DNA of 61,203 nucleotides, filler included, from Nemertoderma westbladi (lineage: Eukaryota > Animalia > Xenacoelomorpha): NCBI GenBank assembly GCA_032718475.1. It is 2 parts of 2 records of this genome, joined end to end, with 100 filler letters (N's around TTAATTAATTAA, not from the genome) between each part and the next. Parts side by side here need not be neighbours in the genome. Positions count along the whole stretch, not along the records: positions 1 to 29,505 come from JAUCBJ010003242.1; 1 more part is not named here. One strand, given 5' to 3'. How positions within the stretch are numbered: the first letter of the stretch is position 1; every line of letters starts with the position of its first letter. This document shows, piece after piece, positions 13,001 to 26,632 of the stretch. The notes beneath the pieces are model-generated. The model worked only from the letters and a program-made list of their open reading frames with translations. It was not told where the DNA came from and made no database searches. A program made the position numbers and the translations under genes.

Positions 13001-16000
13001 TTAATATTGAACATTCCAGATTGCGGAGGCTGCATTAATAACGCTCACGTAATATCAATGTAAAAGTTTAACATTGAACAATCCAGATTGCGGAGACTGC
13101 ATCAATTACTCTCACTGAATAACAATGTAAAAGTTTAATATTGAACATTCCAGATTGCGGAGGCTGCATCGATTACTCTCACTGAATAACAATGTAAAAG
13201 TTGAATATTGAACATTCCAGATTGCGGAGACTGCATTAATAACGCTCACGTAATATCAATGTAAAAGTTTAATATTGAACAATCCAAATTGCGGAGGCTG
13301 CATTAATAAAGCTCACTGAATAACAATGTAAAAGTTTAATATTGAACATTCCAGATTGCGGAGGCTGCATTAATAACGCTCACTGAATAACAATGTAAAA
13401 GTTTAATATTGAACATTCCAGATTGCGGAGGCTGCATTAATAACGCTCACTGAATAACAATGTAAAAGTTTAATATTGAACAATCCAGATTGCGGAGACT
13501 GCATCAATTACTCTCACTGAATAACAATGTAAAAGTTTAATATTGAACATTCCAGATTGCGGAGGCTGCATTAATAACGCTCACGTAATATCAATGTAAA
13601 AGTTTAACATTGAACAATCCAGATTGCGGAGACTGCATCAATTACTCTCACTGAATAACAATGTAAAAGTTTAATATTGAACATTTCAGATTGCTGAGGC
13701 TGCATTAATAAAGCTCACTGAATAACAATGTAAAAGTTTAATATTGAACATTCCAGATTGCGGAGGCTGCATTAATAACGCTCACGTAATATCAATGTAA
13801 AAGTTTAATATTGAACAATCCAGATTGCGGAGGCTGCATTTAACGCTCACTGAATAACAATGTAAATGTTTAATATTGAACATTCCAGATTGCGGAGGCT
13901 GCATTAATAACGCTCACGTAATATCAATGTAAAAGTTTAATATTGAACATTCCAGATTGCGGAGGCTGCATTAATTACTCTCACTGAATAACAATGTAAA
14001 AGTTTAATATTGAACATTCCAGATTGCGGAGGCTGCATTAATAAAGCTCACTGAATAACAATGTAAAAGTTTAATATTGAACATTCCAGATTGCGGAGGC
14101 TGCATTAATAAAGCTCACTGAATAACAATGTAAAAGTTTAATATTGAACATTCCAGATTGCGAAGTCTTCATTAATAACGCTCACTGAATAACAATGTAA
14201 AAGTTTAATATTGAACATTCCAGATTGCGGAGACTGCATTAATAACGCTCACGTAATATCAATGTAAAAGTTTAATATTGAACAATCCAGATTGCGAGGC
14301 TGCATTTAACGCTCACTGAATAACAATGTAAAAGTTTAATATTGAACATTCCAGATTGCGGAGGCTGCATTAATAAAGCTCACTGAATAACAATGTAAAA
14401 GTTTAATATTGAACATTCCAGATTGCGAAGTCTTCATTAATAACGCTCACTGAATAACAATGTAAATGTTTAATATTGAACATTCCAGATTGCGGAGGCT
14501 GCATTAATAAAGCTCACTGAATAACATTGTAAAAGTTGAATATTGAACATTCCAGATTGCGGAGGCTGCATTTAACGCTCACTGAATAACAATGTAAAAG
14601 TTTAATATTGAACATTCCAGAATGTGGAGGCTGCCTTAACACTCACGGACTAACAATGTAAAAGATTAATATTGAACATTCCAGATTGCGGAGGCTGCAT
14701 CAATTACTCTCACTGAATAACAATGTAAAAGTTTAATATTGAACATTCCCGATTGAGGAGGCTGCATCAATTACTCTCACTGAATAACAATGTAAAAGTT
14801 TAATATTGAACATTCCCGATTGAGGAGGCTGCATCAATTACTCTCACTGAATAACAATGTAAAAGTTTAATATTGAACATTCCAGATTACGGAGGCTGCA
14901 TTAATAATGCTCACTGAATAACAATGTAAAAGTTTAATATTGAACATTCCAGATTGCGGAGACTGCATTAATAAAGCTCACTGAATAACAATGTAAAAGT
15001 TTAATATTGAACATTCCAGATTGCGGAGGCTGCATTTAACGCTCACTGAATAACAATGTAAAAGTTTAATATTGAACATTCCAGAATGTGGAGGCTGCCT
15101 TAATAACACTCACGGACTAACAATGTAAAAGATTAATATTGAACATTCCAGATTGCGGAGGCTGCATCAATTACTCTCACTGAATAACAATGTAAAAGTT
15201 TAATATTGAACATTCCAGATTGCGGAGGCTGCATCAATTACTCTCACTGAATAACAATGTCAAAGTTTAATATTGAACAATCCAGATTGCGGAGACTGCA
15301 TCAATTACTCTCACTGAATAACAATGTAAAAGTTTAATATTGAACATTCCCGATTGAGGAGGCTGCATCAATTACTCTCACTGAATAACAATGTAAAAGT
15401 TTAATATTGAACATTCCAGATTGCGGAGGCTGCATTAATAACGCTCACTGAATAACAATGTAAAAGTTTAATATTGAACATTCCAGATTGCGGAGACTGC
15501 ATTAATAAAGCTCACTGAATAACAATGTAAAAGTTTAATATTGAACATTCCAGATTGCAGAGGCTGCATTTAACGCTCACTGAATAACAATGTAAAAGTT
15601 TAATATTGAACATTCCAGAATGTGGAGGCTGCCTTAATAACACTCACGGACTAACAATGTAAAAGATTAATATTGAACATTCCAGATTGCGGAGGCTGCA
15701 TTAATTACTCTCACTGAATAACAATGTAAAAGTTTAATATTGAACATTCCAGATTGCGGAGGCTGCATCAATTACTCTCACTGAATAACAATGTCAAAGT
15801 TTAATATTGAACAATCCAGATTGCGGAGACTGCATCAATTACTCTCACTGAATAACAATGTACAAGTTTAATATTGAACATTCCAGATTGCGGAGGCTGC
15901 ATTAATAACGCTCACGTAATAACAATGTAAAAGTTTAATATTGAACATTCCAGAATGTGGAGGCTGCCTTAATAACACTCACGGACTAACAATGTAAAAG

Positions 16001-19000
16001 ATTAATATTGAACATTCCAGATTGCGGAGGCTGCATCAATTACTCTCACTGAATAACAATGTAAAAGTTTAATATTGAACATTCCAGATTGCGGAGGCTG
16101 CATCAATTACTCTCACTGAATAACAATGTAAAAGTTGAATATTGAACATTCCAGATTGCGGAGACTGCATTAATAATGCTCACGTAATATCAATGTAAAA
16201 GTTTAATATTGAACAATCCAAATTGTGGAGGCTGCATTAATAAAGCTCACTGAATAACAATGTAAAAGTTGAATATTGAACATTCCAGATTGCGGAGTCT
16301 TCATTAATAACGCTCACTGAATAACAATGTAAAAGTTTAATATTGAACAATCCAAATTGCGGAGGCTGCATTAATAAAGCTCACTGAATAACAATGTAAA
16401 AGTTGAATATTGAACATTCCAGATTGCGGAGTCTTCATTAATAACGCTCACTGAATAACAATGTAAAAGTTTAATATTGAACATTCCAGATTGCGGAGGC
16501 TGCATTAATAACGCTCACGTAATATCAATGTAAAAGTTTAACATTGAACAATCCAGATTGCGGAGACTGCATCAATTACTCTCACTGAATAACAATGTAA
16601 AAGTTTAATATTGAACATTCCAGATTGCGGAGGCTGCATCGATTACTCTCACTGAATAACAATGTAAAAGTTGAATATTGAACATTCCAGATTGCGGAGA
16701 CTGCATTAATAACGCTCACGTAATATCAATGTAAAAGTTTAATATTGAACAATCCAAATTGCGGAGGCTGCATTAATAAAGCTCACTGAATAACAATGTA
16801 AAAGTTTAATATTGAACATTCCAGATTGCGGAGGCTGCATTAATAACGCTCACTGAATAACAATGTAAAAGTTTAATATTGAACATTCCAGATTGCGGAG
16901 GCTGCATTAATAACGCTCACTGAATAACAATGTAAAAGTTTAATATTGAACAATCCAGATTGCGGAGACTGCATCAATTACTCTCACTGAATAACAATGT
17001 AAAAGTTTAATATTGAACATTCCAGATTGCGGAGGCTGCATTAATAACGCTCACGTAATATCAATGTAAAAGTTTAACATTGAACAATCCAGATTGCGGA
17101 GACTGCATCAATTACTCTCACTGAATAACAATGTAAAAGTTTAATATTGAACATTTCAGATTGCTGAGGCTGCATTAATAAAGCTCACTGAATAACAATG
17201 TAAAAGTTTAATATTGAACATTCCAGATTGCGGAGGCTGCATTAATAACGCTCACGTAATATCAATGTAAAAGTTTAATATTGAACAATCCAGATTGCGG
17301 AGGCTGCATTTAACGCTCACTGAATAACAATGTAAATGTTTAATATTGAACATTCCAGATTGCGGAGGCTGCATTAATAACGCTCACGTAATATCAATGT
17401 AAAAGTTTAATATTGAACATTCCAGATTGCGGAGGCTGCATTAATTACTCTCACTGAATAACAATGTAAAAGTTTAATATTGAACATTCCAGATTGCGGA
17501 GGCTGCATTAATAAAGCTCACTGAATAACAATGTAAAAGTTTAATATTGAACATTCCAGATTGCGGAGGCTGCATTAATAAAGCTCACTGAATAACAATG
17601 TAAAAGTTTAATATTGAACATTCCAGATTGCGAAGTCTTCATTAATAACGCTCACTGAATAACAATGTAAAAGTTTAATATTGAACATTCCAGATTGCGG
17701 AGACTGCATTAATAACGCTCACGTAATATCAATGTAAAAGTTTAATATTGAACAATCCAGATTGCGAGGCTGCATTTAACGCTCACTGAATAACAATGTA
17801 AAAGTTTAATATTGAACATTCCAGATTGCGGAGGCTGCATTAATAAAGCTCACTGAATAACAATGTAAAAGTTTAATATTGAACATTCCAGATTGCGAAG
17901 TCTTCATTAATAACGCTCACTGAATAACAATGTAAATGTTTAATATTGAACATTCCAGATTGCGGAGGCTGCATTAATAAAGCTCACTGAATAACATTGT
18001 AAAAGTTGAATATTGAACATTCCAGATTGCGGAGGCTGCATTTAACGCTCACTGAATAACAATGTAAAAGTTTAATATTGAACATTCCAGAATGTGGAGG
18101 CTGCCTTAACACTCACGGACTAACAATGTAAAAGATTAATATTGAACATTCCAGATTGCGGAGGCTGCATCAATTACTCTCACTGAATAACAATGTAAAA
18201 GTTTAATATTGAACATTCCCGATTGAGGAGGCTGCATCAATTACTCTCACTGAATAACAATGTAAAAGTTTAATATTGAACATTCCCGATTGAGGAGGCT
18301 GCATCAATTACTCTCACTGAATAACAATGTAAAAGTTTAATATTGAACATTCCAGATTACGGAGGCTGCATTAATAATGCTCACTGAATAACAATGTAAA
18401 AGTTTAATATTGAACATTCCAGATTGCGGAGACTGCATTAATAAAGCTCACTGAATAACAATGTAAAAGTTTAATATTGAACATTCCAGATTGCGGAGGC
18501 TGCATTTAACGCTCACTGAATAACAATGTAAAAGTTTAATATTGAACATTCCAGAATGTGGAGGCTGCCTTAATAACACTCACGGACTAACAATGTAAAA
18601 GATTAATATTGAACATTCCAGATTGCGGAGGCTGCATCAATTACTCTCACTGAATAACAATGTAAAAGTTTAATATTGAACATTCCAGATTGCGGAGGCT
18701 GCATCAATTACTCTCACTGAATAACAATGTCAAAGTTTAATATTGAACAATCCAGATTGCGGAGACTGCATCAATTACTCTCACTGAATAACAATGTAAA
18801 AGTTTAATATTGAACAATCCAGATTGCGGAGACTGCATCAATTACTCTCACTGAATAACAATGTAAAAGTTTAATATTGAACATTCCAGATTGCGGAGGC
18901 TGCATTAATAACGCTCACGTAATAACAATGTAAAAGTTTAATATTGAACATTCCAGAATGTGGAGGCTGCCTTAATAACACTCACGGACTAACAATGTAA

Positions 19001-19858
19001 AAGATTAATATTGAACATTCCAGATTGCGGAGGCTGCATCAATTACTCTCACTGAATAACAATGTAAAAGTTTAATATTGAACATTCCAGATTGCGGAGG
19101 CTGCATCAATTACTCTCACTGAATAACAATGTAAAAGTTGAATATTGAACATTCCAGATTGCGGAGACTGCATTAATAATGCTCACGTAATATCAATGTA
19201 AAAGTTTAATATTGAACAATCCAAATTGCGGAGGCTGCATTAATAAAGCTCACTGAATAACAATGTAAAAGTTGAATATTGAACATTCCAGATTGCGGAG
19301 TCTTCATTAATAACGCTCACTGAATAACAATGTAAAAGTTTAATATTGAACATTCCAGATTGCGGAGTCTTCATTAATAACGCTCACTGAATAACAATGT
19401 CAAAGTTTAATATTGAACATTCCAGAATATGGAGGCTGCATTAATAAAGCTCACTGAATAACAATGTAAAAGTTTAATATTGAACATTCCAGATTGCGGA
19501 GTCTTCATTAATAACGCTCACTGAATAACAATGTAAAAGTTTAATATTGAACAATCCAGATTGCGGAGACTGCATCAATTACTCTCACTGAATAACAATG
19601 TAAAAGTTTAATATTGAACATTCCAGATTGCGGAGGCTGCATTAATAAAGCTCACGTAATATCAATGTAAAAGTTTAATATTGAACATTCCAGATTGCGG
19701 AGTCTTCATTAATAACGCTCACTGAATAACAATGTAAAAGTTTAATATTGAACAATCCAGATTGCGGAGACTGCATCAATTACTCTCACTGAATAACAAT
19801 GTAAAAGTTTAATATTGAACATTCCAGATTGCGGAGACTGCATTAATAACGCTCACTG
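10032..19858 (+). repeat. 67-bp satellite array, about 147 monomers, with higher-order repeat
   Basis: Monomer ATTGCGGAGGCTGCATTAATAACGCTCACTGAATAACAATGTAAAAGTTTAATATTGAACATTCCAG. The first half-monomer lies at 8431-8449, left of the piggyBac insertion. Confidence 0.97.
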
Positions 19859-19932
19859 CACTTTTATCGGTTGCAAATGTAACAATGGTTACACAATGGT
19901 TTCTAAAGATACTGGTGAAATGCAATGCAAAG
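19828..19932 (+). CDS. Internal coding exon, EGF-like domain (phase 1-1, 105 nt)
   Basis: ttccag|AT TGC ... AAA G|gtaagt translates as (D)CGDCINNAHCTFIGCKCNNGYTMVSKDTGEMQCK: six Cys with CxC..GY spacing. Confidence 0.8.
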
Positions 19933-20410
19933 GTAAGTATTGTTATACTTCATTATTAATATCGTGAATGTATCATTTATATAATAATGTAACAATTCTA
20001 TAATGCCTTATTTGTAATCATATAACGATTTGGTTTTTATTGAATTCAATATCAATTTAGTGATTGTGGAAGCTTCAGATAGTGTCCTCTTGGGTAAACC
20101 GCAATGCCAATGAGCGACAGGCTAATAATGATAAATAAACTGCAATAAACTGTGTGTTTATGATTTTGGTTAGAATAACTTTCCAATGTAACCTCTTCCC
20201 ATGAATCTCGTTCATTGTTTTGGTTAGAATTATAATAACTTTCCAATGTAATGTCAAATGCTCTCAATTGATAATTAGCATTTAATCATCATTGATTATT
20301 ATTATTGTCATCTTTGATGATGGTTGTTGGTTGACAGAGTAGCGTTTCACTCGTTCGATTACACTGGCTGTAATTGCACAACATTCTTATTCAATCTTAA
20401 ATTCGTCCAG

Positions 20411-20554
20411 AAAATGATAAGTGCGGTAATAACTGCGATGTCAATGCTACCTGCATCAACATAAAGAACCCAGAAGACAACAGCGATGGATATACCTGCG
20501 TTTGTAACAATGGCTACTCACGTTCTGGTAAAGGTGACAACTCTTGTACTACTG
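20411..20554 (+). CDS. Internal coding exon, EGF-like domain (phase 1-1, 144 nt)
   Basis: gtccag|AA ... ACT G|gttagt translates as (E)NDKCGNNCDVNATCINIKNPEDNSDGYTCVCNNGYSRSGKGDNSCTT; in frame with the previous exon. Confidence 0.88.
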
Positions 20555-20708
20555 GTTAGTAACACTGGCTACTCAGGTTCCGGTAAAGGTGCCAACTCTT
20601 GTACTGGTTAGTAACACTGGCTACTCAGGTTCCAGTAAAGGTGCCAACTCTTGTACTGGTTAGTAACACTGGCTACTAAGGTTCCAGTAAGGTGGCAACT
20701 CTTGTACT
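20506..20708 (+). repeat. 52-bp minisatellite (original plus about 3 copies) spanning the exon 3' end and splice donor
   Basis: AACACTGGCTACTCAGGTTCCGGTAAAGGTGCCAACTCTTGTACTG|GTTAGT repeated. Confidence 0.9.
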
Positions 20709-23700
20709 TTATTTTCCGTGGGCTAATTCCTCTTTTATATTTCTTTCGTTTAGGGCAAACATCACATTTAAAAACTATATACAATATCATTATGTACTGT
20801 ACACTTTTCCTTTACCACTTTCCTAGCTACATTAATTATATACATAAACATATAAAAAAAGAAAAAAGGACCTCTTTAGAGGCCTATTATGACCACTGAC
20901 AGTCAGTCTAGCCGGTGTTGGTATCGGCGTTAGTCAGGCGAATCGAGTCTGCCGACACCTGATGGTAAATGGGGCATTTGGCGAAGGATCTCGCTCCATG
21001 GAGACACATCAAACTGGAGCGGAGAAGCGCGAAGCTTGTCTTCCTCCGTGTCCAGCAGATACACTCAGATTAACTGAGGTTGCGACGATCCGAGAGTTTA
21101 AGTGATAAACGCTTAACGAACTGTTGCATCGCTGGTGCCGTACCGCCAAAGGCTGACAGTATCAGCGGCACAAATGACGACAGTTCTACCTCTCGGATGC
21201 GCTCCTTGTACTTCAAGCGTTTCCACACCTCGTGGTGGAAATAAGTGCCCTCGGTGGTCACGGCGGCGTTGGTGGCCGCTAGACGGTTGTAAACCGAGAT
21301 GTCAAAGTAGGTCTTCTCAAACCGGCCACCCCAGAAGCCACTGACAGAGACGTCCACGCTCGCTTGAACTTCTGTGGAGGTGGAGCTGTGGGTGAACTCC
21401 TCACCTGTTAGAGGCTGGAGTGTTAGCTCTACCGCGAAGTTGTGGGCATATCTCGTTGTGCCGTATCGAGGGATAACCCGCGGTGGGGCATGACAGGACG
21501 TGTGAAGGGGAAAATCGTTTCCCACAGACACAACGAGATGGAAGTGACTTCAGTTGCCAGCCGTAGCGCAGTGTCGTGGAACCCTTCCTTATCCAGGTGA
21601 GTTTTGTGAAGGGTGACTGGTTTCGAGTTCAACCAAGCTGACGCCCCCTTCTCCGACACAAGCTCCCTCAGATTCTGTTGGGACTCTGACAGTCGACCAT
21701 GACATTCTGTTGTTTTGGTCTTAGATGCCACGAAGGATTCAGCCTTTATCAGATTAGTGATATGGTTCTGATCCTTCCTGACATTTGACATGGTCTCTGC
21801 TATCGCCCCCTCTAGCGGTTCGCAGACCCGGCAGGAGTTCGCAAACTGGTTGTTGAGGTCTGAGGGGAGAGGGATACCCAAACCGCTGTACCTTATTGGT
21901 AGAGAGAGGAGCTGGCATTCGTTGTCTGCGATCGAGGGGCGGTCGTTGATCTTGCAAAGACATCGCAGAACTGCGCCCTCAAGGTCATCAAAGTGGAGGG
22001 TGGCATCCGGGACCACCATCGCGAGGAACCGCCAGCGACAGGACAACCCCAGCGCCAGGTTAGAGTAGGTGCAGTGGGGGTCGATGCTGGCGATGTTAGC
22101 TTGTCGGTCGACCTCAGCGACAAACTCTTCGACCTTGGAAGTGATGTAGGCCTGGTGGTACTCGTCAGACCCCACCCACCGCCGGGGAGTTTGTTCCCTG
22201 CCACGGAGATGGTGATCCCGGTTCCCGCGATTATCTCCTCCCCTTCCGCCAGTTTCTCCGGTTTCATCGTCAGGTGGCACTTGGACGGGTAGTACCTGTA
22301 CAGCGGACCACGCATTACCACCACGTCCCACATCATTCTTAGTTCCCAGAGGGCACCCGCCGCATTGCCATCATCGGCGAACCATTTCTGGTTCACCGAT
22401 CAGGCGGCAGCGATCTCCGATAGCAGGGGCCGTGTCCCAGCGGAGAACATCGGCATCGCTGACAAGTCCCCCTGGATCGACCCCTCCCTGGAGTAGGATC
22501 GTCCCCCCCCCCCCCCCTACAAACAGTTGGTTTGCTGTAACAGTTCGTTACGATGGTGTGTAGTGAGGGACAGATGTGGTGGATGTTATGGATGGCGGCG
22601 GCGGCGCGGTTCAGCAAGTTGAATGCATTGGTGGTGTCGATCTGGAGGATGGCCTCGCAGTTATCCTCGGTGAACGTCTCGTTCAGACTGTGTATGGCAT
22701 ATTCTATGCCAGTTTTCTGGCCCATACACAGCTGAGTTGACCCACCAATGCTCTGAAGATCCTCTGTGATGCACCGCATCGCCACCTTCCCGATAACCCT
22801 CCGTAGAACCTCGCCGATGCCGATCGGACAAACACCGGGGCACTTATCAAGCGCCAACAGCCAACAGGAGAGGAGCGCCGACATCCTGACTAATCCGTTT
22901 TGCCATGTCGGCTATGGCACCACACAGGTCAATAGATTGTTGGCGGAACTTGGTCAGGATGTTCTTCCACCCCTGGACATCCAACCCAGAAGGACCAGCA
23001 CCGTTACCTCGCATCCGGAGAAGACTCAATAGGAAGAGGGAGCCGTCTAGCTGCTCAAACACGACGTCATAGTGTCCTGGCACCCCATCCCACTCCGTCA
23101 GTAGCAATAAACTGTCAGCTGGGGCGGCTGGCGGGTGTTTCTCCAACAGAACGTCCCTCACCTTTCGGGTAGATGAAACTGTCAGACACCTTTGTTGATA
23201 AGGATCAACAAAGGTGTCTGACAGTTTCATGGGACTACCTTTGTTGATATCGGACAGACAACGGGTGGCCGCTGACACGTTCCCAGTCAGCATGTGGCAT
23301 ACAAACGCCTTCCGGAGCGCCTGGGTTTCTGATTTCTTTACCCAGGACGTTGGAAGGTGTTTTTTGGAAGGCCCTCGCTTCTGCCAACAGCTGTAGGAAT
23401 CGACCAGCCCACCAATCACACAGACGACGTTCCAGAATCTTTCTGTGGGTCACTGCATTGGTTTTTTTCTAGCGGTAGCATCCCTGGACGTTGAGACTGG
23501 AATGACTGGTAGCATTCCAGTTTATGCGACGGATGCTACTTCTCAACTCCATGAAATCAGATGCCCGACCGTTTTTCCCCAGTAATATCGAATTGTCTGC
23601 TGTTTCTGAAGTGGAATGCTTGTCAAGCAGAAAATCCTTCACAGTTTTAGTGACTCCGCTCTTATCTGTAAATATCTGGCCAAGTTTTAGTAACCCTCCC

Positions 23701-24750
23701 TTGGACAGTTAATCGAGACTAGGGATAGCTGCACTCACATTGCCAACCAGCATGCATCGACAGAAAGCACGCTCTGCTGCAGTCCGACAGACTGGTGACA
23801 GGGACACCCAACAGACTGGTGACATGGACTCTGTCTGACTGGTGACAAGGACAACCGACAGTCTGGTGACAGGGACACCAACAGAGTGGTCACTGGGATA
23901 ACTGACAGAGTGGTATGGTGACACGACCAACCGACAGAATGGTGACTAGGACAACCGATAGAATGGTGACTGGGACAGCCGACAGAGTGGTGACTGGCAC
24001 AGCCGACAGAGTGGTGACTGGGACAGCCGACATAGTGGTGACTGGGACAGCCGACAGAGTGGTGACTGGGACAGCCGACAGAGTGGTGACTGAGAGAACC
24101 GACAGATTGGTGACTAGGACAAACGACATATTGGTGACAGACTGGTGAAAGTGTCACATGACAGAATGGTGATGGGGAGTCCGACAGAATGGTGACTGGG
24201 GCACCCAACAGAGTGGTGACTGGGAAAACCGACAGAGTGGTGACTGGGACAACCACCAGAGTGGTGATGGGGAGAACTGAGAGAGTGGTGACTGAGACGA
24301 CGGACAGACTCGTGACAGGGACACCTGGCAGACTGGTGACAGGGACACCTGGCAGAATGGTGACAGGGACTCCGATAGAATGGTGACTGGGACAACCACC
24401 AGAGTGGTGATGGGGAGAACTGAGAGAGTGGTGACTGAGACGACCGACAGAGTGGTGACTGGGACGACGGACAGACTCGTGACAGGGACACCCGACAGTC
24501 TGGTGACAGGGATACACGACAGACTGGTGTCAGGGACGAGTGATGTTCTAGTGCCAGGGACACCAGACAGACTAGACACAGGGACATTACCTGAAAGTGG
24601 GGAGATAAATCAGGGTGATGGCGGGGTAGGACAATTAAATGTACTATTAAATATTAATTTCACTTTAAATATTGACAACAGAGGTAATTAATATATCACA
24701 GCAATAAGGTTTCGCAATAGATATTGCGAGCTCAGCAGGACGATTGCTAT
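20709..24750 (-). mobile_element. Degenerate CRE-clade non-LTR retrotransposon (RT plus restriction-like endonuclease), multiply frameshifted
   Basis: GAGPSGLD, ALDKCPGVCPIGIGEVLRRVIGK, IDTTNAFN, WFADDG (RT), CVCGKRFSPSHVLSC..RHNE knuckle and DVSVSGFWGGRFEKTYFDISV (RLE). Ends near AATAAA at ~20709; 5' boundary approximate. Confidence 0.85.
23785..24590 (-). repeat. ~24-bp degenerate minisatellite in the 5' part of the CRE element
   Basis: GACAGAGTGGTGACTGGGACAGCC units; the minus strand reads PVTTLSAV-type repeats. Confidence 0.9.
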
Positions 24751-24952
24751 TGCTACACTCTAAAAAAAATTGTCCAATTTGCAAAATAGCTGGTAGAATT
24801 ATTTTTTATATAAAATATTTGCAAATTATCCATGGTTTTAAGCAAATTGCAAGGATAAATGGGTAAAAAAATAGGTAGAGTCAAATTAACTAATAACAGT
24901 TGACTGATACACGAAAATGTTTACTTAAGCAATTTGATAAAACATATCTTAA

Positions 24953-26632
24953 CCCTATTAGTACCGGGCTATAAAATGCTGTACAAATACCGGGAGGGGG
25001 TCATATTGACCCCCCCCCCCCCCCCCTCTAAAATCTACAAATATTTACGAAAACGTCTGATTTTTTGTTTGTACGTAGGTATCACTTGTCTGGATCCGAC
25101 CGAAAAAAAAAATTTTCGAAAAAATGTACTGGGGTGGTTATATTGCAGCACCAAAATTACAAGTAGTGCACAATTTTCACAAAATTTGAAAGTTACATTT
25201 TCGGCTAATTATTTTTCAATACAGGTTTTCTGGGGTGCAAAAAACATTGGAAAATATTTAAAAATGATATGATTACTATAAATGGCCGTTTAGTCCTCTC
25301 TGCGTAGGAAAAAAATGAAAAAAACAAGTAACCAGCACTTTTCAGGTAGAACACAAAATTTTTAATTCACTTATACGATGCTATAAATTCACATTTTCAG
25401 GTTTTCGATTGCGCTGATTCTAATGGAATACATTTCTAATATGCCAGATCATTGATACTTGTATTTTTCGGCATAATTTGGCAAATTTTGGTGCTAGCAC
25501 CAAATTTCGTACCCATCACCAAAAAGTACAAGTTTGCGATGTCCAGTGCTGTTTTTATGGATTCCATCGGATTCAGGACCCTCATAACGCAAGAAACAAG
25601 GTGATACTATCTACTGATAAATTTGCATATTTTCCAAAATTTGGTGCTGGCACAACAATTTTCACCCACTGGCGAAAAATACCAGTTTGAGAACTCTTAT
25701 GAAATTTTTACTGATTCCATTGAATTCAGAACCATCACAAACCCGTATAACGCAAGAAACAAGGTGACACAATCAATAGATATATTTGATGGTTTTCAAA
25801 ATTTGGTGCTAGCACCACATTTTGCACCCACATCCGAAAAATACAAGTTTGAGATGTCTAGTTCGATAATTATTTATTCCATTGAATTAAGAACAGCCAT
25901 AAACCTCTAAAACGCAAGAAATAAATTGTCACAAGCAATTTTATCTATCGAACGAATTTTCAAAATTTCGTGCTAGCACCAAAATTTGCACACAGCACCG
26001 AAAAATACAAGTTTGATACGCTTGGTGCAACTCGTATATATTTCATCGAATCCAGAACCCCAAAAAACCCCAATTGCGTAAAAAACAAGTTTCAAACAAT
26101 CAATTTACAAAATTGACATAATTCAAAATTTGGTGCTGGCACCAAAATTTGGCACCCACCGAAAAAAAACAAGTTTGAAATTTCTAAATCAAGTTATATG
26201 AATTCCATCAAATTTCTAACACCAAATAACCGGTGTAAATCAAAAATAATTCAAAATTTGGTGCTGGCACCAAAATTTGGCACCCACCGAAAAAAAACAA
26301 GTTTGAAATTTCTAAATCAAGTTATATGAATTCCATCAAATTTCAAACACCAAAAAACCGGTGTAAATCAAAAATAGAGATGTTACAATTCATATTTAAT
26401 GAAATGTAATTTTCAAAAAACGTCTCAAAAAAAGTGCCAAAAGTAGGGTTAAAAAATGGTGCTATAACTCGAAAAGTACCCAATATTTTTGAAAACGGTT
26501 TTCACTACTAGGAAGACAATAGATTTTTAGGAAAAGTCATAAAATTTCAGTTTCCCAACTGCGTTTGTTTCAGAATTATAATAAAAAAACCACGGGGGGG
26601 GGTCATATTGACCCCCCCCGGGTTTAATAGGG
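24953..26632 (+). mobile_element. piggyBac-type family B, copy 2 (internal ~128-bp duplication at ~26120-26370)
   Basis: TTAA on both sides; same TIRs and body as copy 1. Confidence 0.93.

Noticed and set aside
10032-19858. CRISPR-like periodicity (~67 bp)
   Set aside because: No unique spacers; the whole monomer repeats, the context is eukaryotic and no cas genes are present.
23735-24691. Overlapping His/Cys/Thr-rich ORFs
   Set aside because: Minisatellite translations open in many frames on both strands.
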